This document shows, in pieces, positions 40,139-50,200 of a DNA stretch of 64,000 nucleotides (position 1 is its first letter; each line of letters begins with the position of its first letter). The notes below the pieces were generated by a model. It had not been told where the DNA came from and searched no databases. It was given only the letters and a program-made list of their open reading frames with translations. Both the position numbers and the translations under genes were made by a program. The stretch is from Candidatus Cloacimonadales bacterium. GTDB taxonomy: Bacteria > Cloacimonadota > Cloacimonadia > Cloacimonadales > JAFGVF01. The DNA lies in assembly GCA_963678315.1 (NCBI GenBank), contig OY782781.1:2496001-2560000 (forward strand). The letters run 5' to 3'.

Positions 40139-41530
40139 TTATTTCTTTTCCCATTTAGTTCCATCTTTAGTATCTAAGAGTTGGATACCTTGAGCAAGGA
40201 GTTTATCTCTAATCAGATCTGATACAGACCAGTTCTTTTCAGCTTTAGCGTTATTCCTTACTTCAATTAAGATAGCTAATAGCTTTTCAGAAAGATCCCC
40301 TAAATCATTAGATAAGACTGCTTCAATATCTGTAAAGAAACCAAGGACCGAACCAAGTTCTACTAGTAGTTTAGCAGACTCTTTTCTTTCATTAATATCT
40401 TCTTTAGTAGATTTAACTATCTTTACTAAATCAAACATAACTGCAAGTGCTTTTGCTGAATTAAAATCATCGTCCATAGCCTTAACAAACTCTTCTTTCT
40501 TTGCTAGATCAGCATCAGAATAGTTGATATTTTCATCTTTGAAAGAGAGATAATCAACACTTTTCAAAGCATTATAAAAGTTTTTTACTGCAGTATCAGA
40601 TTCTTGCATAATCTGTCTGTTAAAATCAATTGGACTACGATAATGTTTAGACAAGAAGAAGAATCTTATTGCTTCGGCATTATACTCTTTCAAGACATCA
40701 CGAGCAGTAAAGAAATTATTCAAGCTCTTAGACATCTTTTCACCTTCAATATTGATAAATCCGTTGTGCATCCAGTAGTTTGCAAGCTTCTTACCACTTA
40801 ATACTTCTGCTTGTGCATTTTCGTTTTCATGGTGAGGAAAGACTAAATCAACTCCTCCCCCATGAATATCAAAACTCTCAGTATCAAGATACTTTTGGGA
40901 TAGAACAACACACTCAGTATGCCAACCAGGTCTACCTTGTCCCCATGGAGAACCCCATGTTGGTTCACCAGGCTTTGCTTTCTTCCAAAGTGTAAAGTCT
41001 GCAGGGTGCTTCTTGTTAGTATTAGCTTCTACCCTAGCCCCTGCTTTTTGGTCATCGATATTTTTACCTGAAAGCTTACCATATCCCTTGAATGATTCAA
41101 CAGAGAAATATACATCTCCTTGAGATTCATAAGCAAAGCCTTCATCAACTAGTTTCTTTATAAGCTTAATAATATCGCCCATTACTTCAGAAGCTTTTGG
41201 TTGATGTGTAGGTTTCTTAATTCCAAGCTTTTCAATATCTTCTTCAAATGCAGCAATATATTTTTTAGCAATTGCTTTAAAAGTAGTGTTCTCTTCTATA
41301 GCTTTATTTATTATTTTATCATCTATATCTGTTAGATTTTGAACATAAGTAACTTCATAACCTTTATATTCTAAATAACGTCTAACTACATCAAAAAAGA
41401 CAAATGGTCTAGCATTTCCAATATGGAAGTAATTATACACTGTAGGACCACATGCGTACATTTTTACTTTATTGGCTTCGTTAGTAACAAATTCATCTTT
41501 ACTTTTTGTTAGAGTATTATATATCTTCAT
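40139..41530 (-). CDS. cysS: Cysteine--tRNA ligase
   Basis: CGPTVY, HIGN, GRPGWHTEC, DIHGGG.DL.FPHHENE, KMSKS; start from GGAG RBS. Confidence 0.98.
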   Translation of the reverse strand: MKIYNTLTKSKDEFVTNEANKVKMYACGPTVYNYFHIGNARPFVFFDVVRRYLEYKGYEVTYVQNLTDIDDKIINKAIEENTTFKAIAKKYIAAFEEDIEKLGIKKPTHQPKASEVMGDIIKLIKKLVDEGFAYESQGDVYFSVESFKGYGKLSGKNIDDQKAGARVEANTNKKHPADFTLWKKAKPGEPTWGSPWGQGRPGWHTECVVLSQKYLDTESFDIHGGGVDLVFPHHENENAQAEVLSGKKLANYWMHNGFINIEGEKMSKSLNNFFTARDVLKEYNAEAIRFFFLSKHYRSPIDFNRQIMQESDTAVKNFYNALKSVDYLSFKDENINYSDADLAKKEEFVKAMDDDFNSAKALAVMFDLVKIVKSTKEDINERKESAKLLVELGSVLGFFTDIEAVLSNDLGDLSEKLLAILIEVRNNAKAEKNWSVSDLIRDKLLAQGIQLLDTKDGTKWEKK

Positions 41531-42077
41531 TTTCTTCTCCATCATTAAATTCTAATATTGAAAGACTAGCAATCTTTTTAGTCTGAGAATAAGTAATAAA
41601 CTGTTGATATTTTTCATCAATAAGTTCATATTTACTGTGCTCGATTATTACAGAACCACCTTTGTTTAACAACTTTCTATCATAAATATGCTCAATACAC
41701 TTGTTAATAAGATTCTTATCATAAGGGGGATCTATCAGAAATACATCAAATTTATCTTCGCATTTCTTTAGATAAGATAGAACATTCTTTTTATGAACTC
41801 TACACTCATCTTCACATTTGAAGGCTTTTATATTTGCTAGCAAAGCTTTCAATGCCCAATTTGACATTTCTACAAAATGTACATAAGCTGCACCTCTACT
41901 GAGGGCTTCTAAACCCAAAGCTCCAGTTCCTGCAAACAAGTCAGCTACTTTCTTACCTGCTAAGTCTTGGTAAACTGAAAAGATGTATTCTCTAAAGAAA
42001 GCTGTTGTAGGCCTTGTATTCTGGCCTTGTATTGAAAAGATATTTCTTTTCTTAAATCTTCCTGCTATAATTTTCAT
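41517..42077 (-). CDS. rsmD: 16S rRNA m2G966 methyltransferase RsmD
   Basis: MKIIAG, TRPT, DLFAGTGALGLEALSRGA, DPPY. Confidence 0.95.
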   Translation of the reverse strand: MKIIAGRFKKRNIFSIQGQNTRPTTAFFREYIFSVYQDLAGKKVADLFAGTGALGLEALSRGAAYVHFVEMSNWALKALLANIKAFKCEDECRVHKKNVLSYLKKCEDKFDVFLIDPPYDKNLINKCIEHIYDRKLLNKGGSVIIEHSKYELIDEKYQQFITYSQTKKIASLSILEFNDGEENEDI

Positions 42078-42238
42078 TTCTTGCTTTTCCTGAATCTAGG
42101 AAATTTAATTTCTAATTGCTCTTCTTTTCTTACAAAATTAGGGCATGTAACTAATTTAGTAGTAATAAATTGTTTACACTTCTTCTTACATTTAAGACAT
42201 AAATCGTTGTATTCTATTATCTCTTTTTCTTTTGCCAT
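42074..42238 (-). CDS. Small 54-aa Cys-rich protein (not in ORF track)
   Basis: MAKEKEIIEYNDLCLKCKKKCKQFITTKLVTCPNFVRKEEQLEIKFPRFRKSKK*; fills the operon gap exactly and has an ATGA overlap with rsmD. Confidence 0.75.
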   Translation of the reverse strand: MAKEKEIIEYNDLCLKCKKKCKQFITTKLVTCPNFVRKEEQLEIKFPRFRKSKK

Positions 42239-42243
42239 ATATC

Positions 42244-43080
42244 TTATTCTTTTGACTTGATTAACTCAAGTAATTCCTTAACCTTTATCTCACTAATTTT
42301 TGTTTCCAGAGAATATCTTGACTTAACAAGTTCAATAGCTTGTCCAAGATTCATATCACTCTGGTCTTTAAGTACCATATCATCACTTTCAATGATTTCA
42401 ATATAGCCTTTGTTTTCCAATTCTATAACGCCTACACCCTTTAATTCTTTAAGTTTTGAAACTAACTCAGCTTTAAATTCATTAGAAAAACCTTCAGTAA
42501 TGCGTTCAAATTCATCATCGTTAGAAATAGTTTCATCTTCTTCAACACTTTCTATCTCAACTTCCTCAGCACCTTGTTCATTTTCATAAACTAAACTACC
42601 TTCATTATTATAGATAAGGTCTTCATCAGGGACTATATTAAACAATCTCTTTTCAGAATCAGAGAATAGACTATCAATCAAAGAATTGAAGTAGGGTACT
42701 TGCACTTTTTCTGTTGAAGAATGATCTTTGCTTGAATCATTTGGACTAGAATCAACCTTCTCTTCTTCCTTAGTTACAGCCAAAGTATCTTCTTGCTTAT
42801 CGGTCTTCTTTTTATCAGCTTCAGAAAGTGAGTTATCAATCTCAACATTATCGTTTTTAATTAACAGATCAGAATTTTTATCAGCTTTCTTGAATAAATT
42901 GTTACTTGCTGAAACAATCTCTTTTAATGCTGAAATCTTATCAGTAAAATCATATTCTTCAAGTGTGTTTAGATGCTTATATATTGTTAAAGCATCTCTA
43001 CTCAAGCCTTGTTCTTCATATAATTTTGCTAAGGTAGGTGTTGGACCTATTTTAAATTTTAATGTCAAGTTACTACTCAC
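42244..43080 (-). CDS. Hypothetical acidic protein with N-terminal TPR-like motif
   Basis: TPTLAKLYEEQG..RDAL.IY; GTGA overlap with the comEA stop. Confidence 0.65.
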   Translation of the reverse strand: MSSNLTLKFKIGPTPTLAKLYEEQGLSRDALTIYKHLNTLEEYDFTDKISALKEIVSASNNLFKKADKNSDLLIKNDNVEIDNSLSEADKKKTDKQEDTLAVTKEEEKVDSSPNDSSKDHSSTEKVQVPYFNSLIDSLFSDSEKRLFNIVPDEDLIYNNEGSLVYENEQGAEEVEIESVEEDETISNDDEFERITEGFSNEFKAELVSKLKELKGVGVIELENKGYIEIIESDDMVLKDQSDMNLGQAIELVKSRYSLETKISEIKVKELLELIKSKE

Positions 43081-43703
43081 TGTTTTTTGCTTTCAATAAA
43101 GAATTTCTCTTTAATTTTTGCAAGTGTTTTTTTACCAATACCTTTAATTTCTAGTAATTGTTCCATATTTGTAAAGAAATTTATTTGATTTCTATAATCT
43201 AAAATTGCTTTAGCTTTCTTTTCTCCAATACCTTTTATTTGGCAAAGGTCAGGTATAGAGGCATGGTTTATATCTAATTTATTTTCATGATTTATCGATG
43301 CATTGATTACAGCTAGTGTATCGCTTGTCTGCAGCTCTCTGACTGGAAAGATTACCAAATTTGGCTTCATCTTTTCAAGAGTTTTCTTACCTATCCCCTT
43401 AACTTTAAGCAAATCTTCAGTAGATTCAAAAGTATTCTCCTTGCGGTAATCAATTATCTTCTGAGCTGTTTTCTCTCCTATTCCCTTAATCTGACATAAT
43501 TCTTCTACTGTAGCTGTTCTAATATCTATTTTTATTATATAATCTTTTTGCAGTTTTGTTTTGAGAGAATCTGAGTTTACGTTGTCAGAATATAATCTAT
43601 CTATACCAAATTGATTGATTAGAATTATTATGAAAGCTATCGCTAGGATTATTGATAAAAGTCTTCTCTCGCTTGCTGTAAAATAGTTTTTCAAGTTCAA
43701 CAT
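43077..43703 (-). CDS. comEA: ComEA-family DNA-binding protein with two HhH modules
   Basis: N-terminal TM; two IDI..A...(E/D)LCQIKGIGEK.A..I.DYR...L..(V/I)KGIGKKTL repeats. Confidence 0.85.
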   Translation of the reverse strand: MLNLKNYFTASERRLLSIILAIAFIIILINQFGIDRLYSDNVNSDSLKTKLQKDYIIKIDIRTATVEELCQIKGIGEKTAQKIIDYRKENTFESTEDLLKVKGIGKKTLEKMKPNLVIFPVRELQTSDTLAVINASINHENKLDINHASIPDLCQIKGIGEKKAKAILDYRNQINFFTNMEQLLEIKGIGKKTLAKIKEKFFIESKKQ

Positions 43704-43705
43704 GG

Positions 43706-44098
43706 CTATTTCTTTACTTTAATATAAGTTGCATTTGCTTCAGCAATAATTTTTCCGTCTTGCTCAATCTTTCCTCTAGTCTTAATAGTTCTAGATCTTT
43801 GTTCAATTATTTCACCGTATATTTTTATGGGAGTCTCCACTTTTAAAGCTCTTCTATATTTCACAGTCATTTCTCCGGTTACAGCAACTACATCTTTATA
43901 AAGAATAATTTTAGCCATAGCCTCATCCAATATAGTTGCTACAATACCTCCATGTGTTATATTTGGATATCCTTCATAATCTTTAGCTACTACATATTCA
44001 GAAATAGCCATGTTATTATCATAAGAAAACTTCAATTTAAGACCTTTTTCATTCTCTTGACCACACGCAAAGCATGTATTATAAATTGCTTCTGACAT
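43706..44098 (-). CDS. PaaI-family hotdog thioesterase
   Basis: CFACG.EN..GL.L.F, EGYP..THGG.VATILDEAM. Confidence 0.9.
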   Translation of the reverse strand: MSEAIYNTCFACGQENEKGLKLKFSYDNNMAISEYVVAKDYEGYPNITHGGIVATILDEAMAKIILYKDVVAVTGEMTVKYRRALKVETPIKIYGEIIEQRSRTIKTRGKIEQDGKIIAEANATYIKVKK

Positions 44099-44479
44099 TT
44101 CTCCTCCTACTAGTTTCTCAAATCATATAAAACAATGTTTTGTAGTAAAGTATTTTCTGAAGATTTTATCTTTTTTCCCTTGCTTATTGACTATTTTCAT
44201 ACAAAGCAGATGATTTAAATGGGTTGAAGTATATATTTTCAACTGATAAACTCTTGCTAATAAGATCATTCTTACTTTAAACTTAAAAAAAAGCCTAGAT
44301 TTGTTAAAGGATCAAGTAATAGTCGCCTAGTCATTAGGCATATTACATAAAAAAAAGGACATGCACTAGCCTAATATCAATGATAATTGAACTTTTTGAC
44401 TATTTTTGCTATTGACACAATTTCACTATATTTCATTATAGAATAGAAGTAATAATATTTAGTTAAGTGAGTTAAAATA

Positions 44480-45067
44480 ATGCTAAAATTTAATTATTGT
44501 AAATTTGTTAGAATATCTATATTGATCACAGTTTCAATCATTATTTCTAGTTGTGGAATATTCGAACCTAGAGATAATGATGAACCTGAACAACCAGCTC
44601 CCTGGGTTTCAAATCCAGTTAATGCCGAGCAAATATTAACAAATCTTCAGTATAGTTATAATTATTCTCAAAATGCAACAAATTACAATGCTATTTTCAC
44701 TTCAGACTACACCTTTCACTTTTCTAATCAAGACATTTTAGAACATGGGACTCCAGAAACTATGAATAAATTGGAAGAAATGGATATGCTTATAAACTTG
44801 CATAAGAACCTTTCCGGCAGTAATGATGAAGTTGTTCTCAGCTTTGATGAAATTGATTCTGAAAGCGACCAGATTAACTCCGATACTGCTGTTCTTTACA
44901 GAAGCTATGAAATCCAAGTAACTTCAAATGGACAGACCACAACTTATTCAGGGAAAGCAGAGTTTCACTTAATATCTACTGGCCGTTGGTTCATATCTAA
45001 TTGGTATGACTTTAGATCCGACTCAAATAAAACATGGGGAAAACTAAAATATGAATATGCTCTTTAG
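44480..45067 (+). CDS. Hypothetical lipoprotein (possibly NTF2-like)
   Basis: ISSC lipobox, CGIFEPR; NL.YSYN..N...Y...F..DY.F; W.I..W.D. Confidence 0.7.
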   Translation: MLKFNYCKFVRISILITVSIIISSCGIFEPRDNDEPEQPAPWVSNPVNAEQILTNLQYSYNYSQNATNYNAIFTSDYTFHFSNQDILEHGTPETMNKLEEMDMLINLHKNLSGSNDEVVLSFDEIDSESDQINSDTAVLYRSYEIQVTSNGQTTTYSGKAEFHLISTGRWFISNWYDFRSDSNKTWGKLKYEYAL

Positions 45068-45632
45068 AACACTTATCATAGCTTTTATGATTATTACACT
45101 TGGATGTGACAACCCTTTCAATCCTGATTCAGAAAACAATAATAATCCGACTGAGTCTAATCCGAATGATTCTCCAGAGAATTTGATTAGTAATCTTGAA
45201 CTAGCTTATAACCAAAAAGACATTGATTTATACAAGAGCTGTCTTGCCGATGATTTTAGATTTCAATTAATAGAAACAGATGTAACTGATATTGGTATAG
45301 ATTTAGATAGTGATGGTATCCCTGATAGTGAATGGGGTTATCAACAAGAAATTGAATATCACTCTAATCTATTTGGAGATGGTTCTTCTGATGGACAGTA
45401 CCCTTCTCCAGACACAATTAACCTTACATTTACAAGTTTAATAATTGATGATGATATAGAAGAAGGTCATGAAGGTTGGAAGATAGTAGATTGCCATTTT
45501 AGCTTACAACTATTCTTTACTGCTGACAATACTGCTTTATCTGCTAATGGTTATACAAAATTTTATGTTAGACCAATAGAGGATGAATGGGAAATTGCTA
45601 TTTGGCGCGATCAATCAAATGTTTATAAGTAG
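45051..45632 (+). CDS. Hypothetical lipoprotein, paralogous to the upstream gene
   Basis: TLGC lipobox, CDNPF.P; NLE.AYN..D...Y...L.DDF.F; W.I..W.D. Confidence 0.7.
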   Translation: MNMLFRTLIIAFMIITLGCDNPFNPDSENNNNPTESNPNDSPENLISNLELAYNQKDIDLYKSCLADDFRFQLIETDVTDIGIDLDSDGIPDSEWGYQQEIEYHSNLFGDGSSDGQYPSPDTINLTFTSLIIDDDIEEGHEGWKIVDCHFSLQLFFTADNTALSANGYTKFYVRPIEDEWEIAIWRDQSNVYK

Positions 45633-45641
45633 GTAAATAAT

Positions 45642-46055
45642 ATGTTTAGAGTAATGGCAATTGATTATGGTGAAAAGCGTATTGGTATAGCACTAACTGA
45701 CCCTCTAAAGATAATCTCGAAACCTTTTTGTGTTCTTGAAAATAAAGGTAAAAAGCAGTTTATTGAAGACTTAGAAGATCTTATTAAAAAGCAGAATGTT
45801 GGTGATATTGTTCTTGGCTATCCTCTCGGACATGATGGACAACAAACCAAAAAGACACTTGAAGTGCTTAAAATTCATGAATATTTAAATAAGCACCTTG
45901 ATCAAGAAGTAAAGCTTCAAGATGAAAGATTCACAACAGTTGAAGCTAATGAAGAATTAAAAAAGATGGGTTATAATTATATGGAAGCTAAGAAAGTAAT
46001 AGATATGGTGGCAGCCTATATGATTTTAAAATCTTATGTTCAGGAGAAATACTAA
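45642..46055 (+). CDS. ruvX: YqgF/RuvX pre-16S rRNA nuclease
   Basis: AIDYGEKRIGIALTD, VLGYP, QDERFTT, ID.VAA.MIL. Confidence 0.95.
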   Translation: MFRVMAIDYGEKRIGIALTDPLKIISKPFCVLENKGKKQFIEDLEDLIKKQNVGDIVLGYPLGHDGQQTKKTLEVLKIHEYLNKHLDQEVKLQDERFTTVEANEELKKMGYNYMEAKKVIDMVAAYMILKSYVQEKY

Positions 46056-47068
46056 TGAGAAACTCTTTTACTAAAATCCTAATAGTTTTAGTTATTGCAC
46101 TTGCAGTTTTCTTCTTCATGGGCTACAAAGCTATTTATATGCCTTTCAACTCTAATGAATCAGATATAAAAGTTACAATCAACATAAAAGCTGGTTCTTC
46201 TATAAATCAAATTGGTGAAAAACTTGAAAGATCTGGTTTAATATCAAATGCTAAATGGTTCAGACTTTATACCTATATTTACGGATTTGATACAAAAATG
46301 AAAAGTGGTATTTATAAACTAAATAAAGGTCTAAAAATGACTGAGGTTGTTGAATATATAATAAATAATCAGAATCAAGAAGTCTTCCACCACCCTAATA
46401 AAATATCTATTCCTGAAGGATTAACTTCAGAACAAATCATAAACCTCTTTGTAGATGCTAACATAGGAAACCATGATGAATTAGATCAAATTTTCAATGA
46501 CCCAAAGTTTATTGAGAATAATACAGGTATTAAAGCTAGTTCATTAGAAGGCTTTATTTATCCAAAGACCTATTATTACGAAAATAATATTTCAGCAGAA
46601 GACTTCTTAATAAAATATCCCTTAGCACAATTTAAGAAAGAATTTGGAGATGCAATTAACTCTGATGACTTCTATACAAAGCTTATTCTTGCTTCTATAG
46701 TTGAAAAAGAAGCTGCAAATGAAGAGGAAAAGCCTCTTATTGCTTCGGTTTTCTTAAATAGAATTAATAGAGGTATGAGACTTGATTCTAGTGCTACCCA
46801 TGTTAAAATATTTGCTAAACGAGGAGTAAAACCTCCTAGCAAACTGTGGAACAAACATCTTGCAATCAACTCACCATATAATACTTATAAAAATCCTGGA
46901 TTACCCCCTACCCCTATTTGTTCACCAGCTTATTCATCTTATGATGCTATTATAAATGCACCAGCTAGTGAATATCTTTACTTCTTCGCCAGTGTAGATG
47001 GTTCCAGTACTTTTTCAACAAGTCTTAGCACTCACAACAATTTAAGAAAGAAATACCAACGAAGATAA
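46055..47068 (+). CDS. mltG: Endolytic transglycosylase MltG
   Basis: IPEGLT, LEGFIYP.TY, LASIVEKEA, IASVFLNR, SPYNTY..GLPPTPI.SP. Confidence 0.95.
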   Translation: MRNSFTKILIVLVIALAVFFFMGYKAIYMPFNSNESDIKVTINIKAGSSINQIGEKLERSGLISNAKWFRLYTYIYGFDTKMKSGIYKLNKGLKMTEVVEYIINNQNQEVFHHPNKISIPEGLTSEQIINLFVDANIGNHDELDQIFNDPKFIENNTGIKASSLEGFIYPKTYYYENNISAEDFLIKYPLAQFKKEFGDAINSDDFYTKLILASIVEKEAANEEEKPLIASVFLNRINRGMRLDSSATHVKIFAKRGVKPPSKLWNKHLAINSPYNTYKNPGLPPTPICSPAYSSYDAIINAPASEYLYFFASVDGSSTFSTSLSTHNNLRKKYQRR

Positions 47069-47141
47069 TCTTAATCAATCATTTTTTTATATTGGATTAA
47101 CAAATTACTAAAACACATTTAATGATCCTATTCAATAATAA

Positions 47142-47169
47142 AACGGGAAAGTAAATTTACTTTCCCGTT
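47142..47169. terminator. Hairpin between convergent genes (likely bidirectional terminator)
   Basis: AACGGGAAAGTAAATTTACTTTCCCGTT perfect palindrome. Confidence 0.7.
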
Positions 47170-47220
47170 ACTTAATTTAGCATACTTAATTAAGTCATGT
47201 TATGTTTGGTTGTTGTTTGT

Positions 47221-50200
47221 TTATTTCATTAATATCATCTTCTTTACTTGAGAGATGTTTTTAGTTTTCATTTTGTAGAAGAATACGCCCGAAGCAACCC
47301 TTCTACCTTGACTATCTTTACCATTCCATACAACATTATGACTACCTGCATCGACAGTATCATTTATTAAGGTATTTACTTTTTGTCCCTTAACATTGAA
47401 GATATCAATTCTTACCTTACCTCTCTCTTTCATTGAGAAGTTAATAGTAGTTTCAGGGTTAAATGGATTTGGGTAGTTATTATTTAATGATTCTGTGAAC
47501 ATATCAACATTGTTATCTTCATTATCAACACTTCCTTGATTAGATCTTACAGTGACTTGATCTATCATAAGTAAGAAACCTTCTTCACTAACTGTTTGAA
47601 TAGCAATATAGACTGTTTGTCCTTCATAATCAGCTAATGAGTAGATATAGTGCTTCCATGAAGTTGGAACTTCTTCCCCATCAGTAGGGATTTCAGTTAG
47701 TGCAGTAAAGTCTTCTGGTTCAGTTCCAGTTGTTGAAACTAATACCTTGATATAATCACTACCATACAATTTAGTAAAACTCTTAGCCCAGAAGTCAATA
47801 GATGATTGGCTACCTAATTGGATTTGAGGAGTAATCATCCAGTCATTATTTGTTACACCTTCAGAAGCAAAGTGAGCTACGAATTTTGTAGCAGAGTGAG
47901 CTTGGAATTCTGGGATAGTAATACTAGGATTCACATTATATGGGTTAAATATCATATATGCATAAGGAGCTGCCATGTTTGCCCATTCAAAATCTTGAAT
48001 TGCATAGTTATTAGCTCCGTCAACATTGTGAAGAGTCCACGGATCGAATTCAATAGCAAAATCGTCATAATCTTCGAAGTCATCTGAGAAAACCTGGCTA
48101 CTTAATTCACCGAATGAAACAGTTGCAGAAGCAGTTGGATGTGAATATCCAGCAGGTTCGTTATAATAAGCAACAATTTGGTATGAGTATTCAAAACCAG
48201 CAACAACAGTATCATCAATATATGATGTATTAGTAACTAAGGCTGGAGTAAGTCCATGACCATCTCTAAATACAGCATAACCAACAATTGACCCATCATC
48301 AGCTTGAGGAGCATCCCAATTTAAGGCAACATTAGAGTTTTCAACTACTGCTGTTAAGTTTGTTGCAGGAACAAAGTGATAAGCAGCTATATCAATTCTA
48401 TATTCACCATAAGGTTCAAACCAGCTAGTTTTATTTGAACCATCGACTATCAAGAAGTAGTCTCCAGCAGGAAGATCCATGAATGTAATGATAGAGTTGT
48501 AGCCTCTTTGAGGATTTCTATTATCATTACGTAAGAGTCTCATCTCTTCGCTATCATCATTATAATATAGGGCATTATCAGGACCTGGAGTTTCAGATGC
48601 ACTATAGACTGCTACTTTAGTATCCCAACTAACTTCATTAAGAGCAACATGAACAGTCATATCATCTTCAAATGAAAGCTTATATACTACATCATTTGCA
48701 TCATCAATAGCAGTTTCATAAGGTAAAACATAAGTGTTATCGAAGCTTTCTGAATTTCCATAAGCAGTATACTCATTATCAGTGAATTCTACTTGAATAG
48801 GATCATCTATAGTATTTCCTTCTGTTCCATAAGCATAGCCAGAAATTGGAATATTGTGTAATTCCCTACCATCAGAAACTGTGATAAATGCTTCTTGTAA
48901 CCCAGAGTTAGTTGGTCTGAAAATCACATTGAAATCTATTTGACCTGTTGTAATTTCAGAAGGATATGTATTAGAATCAATCATTACAAATTGGTCAGCT
49001 CCATCGCCAGTAAGTTCTACTGAATTAATCTCTAGAGTTCCGATTCCAACATTAGCAATTCTGAATGATTTAGTAGCTGACATATTTCCAGTTTGAGTTA
49101 AATCAAATCTATGATTGTTTGGAAGTATGTTGAATACAGGATTAGTAGCTTGTTCACCAATAAACAAGTTATCAATAGAGATTTTACAGTTTGGACTTTC
49201 TTCAGTTGATTCAGCATAGAAAGCAAAGACAACTTCTCCGCTATAGCCATCTAAATCAACAACTTCAGATTGACCTGTATTAGAAATTGGAGTATTGCTA
49301 TTCCATACTTTTAAGATGTTATCTTCAGTCCAGCTTGCACCATTATCAGTAGAAATCATAAGCATTAACTTATCATCACTACCAAAGTTAGCGATTTCTT
49401 GAGTAGTAGATTTGGTTAAAGCTAAATCAAAACGTACTTGATTAACGATATCTTCATTAGAACCTAAGTCCACTAGAGGAGAAACAACCCAATTAGCTAC
49501 TTCATCACCATAGAATTCTATAGTTAAAGCATCATTATCAGCCTCTTGATTAGCAAAATTATCCAGTCCCCATCCAAGATAGGTATTTATTATTCTAGTA
49601 TCATTTTCAGTTCCATATAAACCTAAGAATTCTGACCATCCTAGAGGGAAGAACGGCATTGAATTATAATCGTTGAAGTTATCAGTTACAGGAACATCTA
49701 AATTACTAAATGAAGATGTTGTGAAGTTCCATATAGGAGCATTACTTGCATCACCAATACTATTTGTTGGAATAACCTGCCAGTAATATTGTGTTTCTGG
49801 CTCAAGGTTGGTTAGCACTTTAGATGTTACACTTCCAACTTCAACATTATTTAGAATGTTTGTTGGAGGATTATCTGTACCAACATTAATTTTATATCCA
49901 TTTGCATTAGCAGCTTCATTCCAGTAAAGAGCTGTTGTATGGTAGACATATTCTTGATCATCTTCAGGATAGATAAGAGAAGTCACACTTGGAACTTGAT
50001 CATATACTAGAGGTGGCAAGAAAATATCATCTATACCAAAAGCATAAGTGTCAACAGAATCATCATTATAATGATAGAAGGCAATATAAATATCTTGTCC
50101 TACAAAGTCTGATAAATCAACAACTTTTCTTTCCCAAATTTCAGGACCTACCTGTTCAGAAGCGATTGTTGTTGTGAAATCAGAGACATTTGTACCACTT

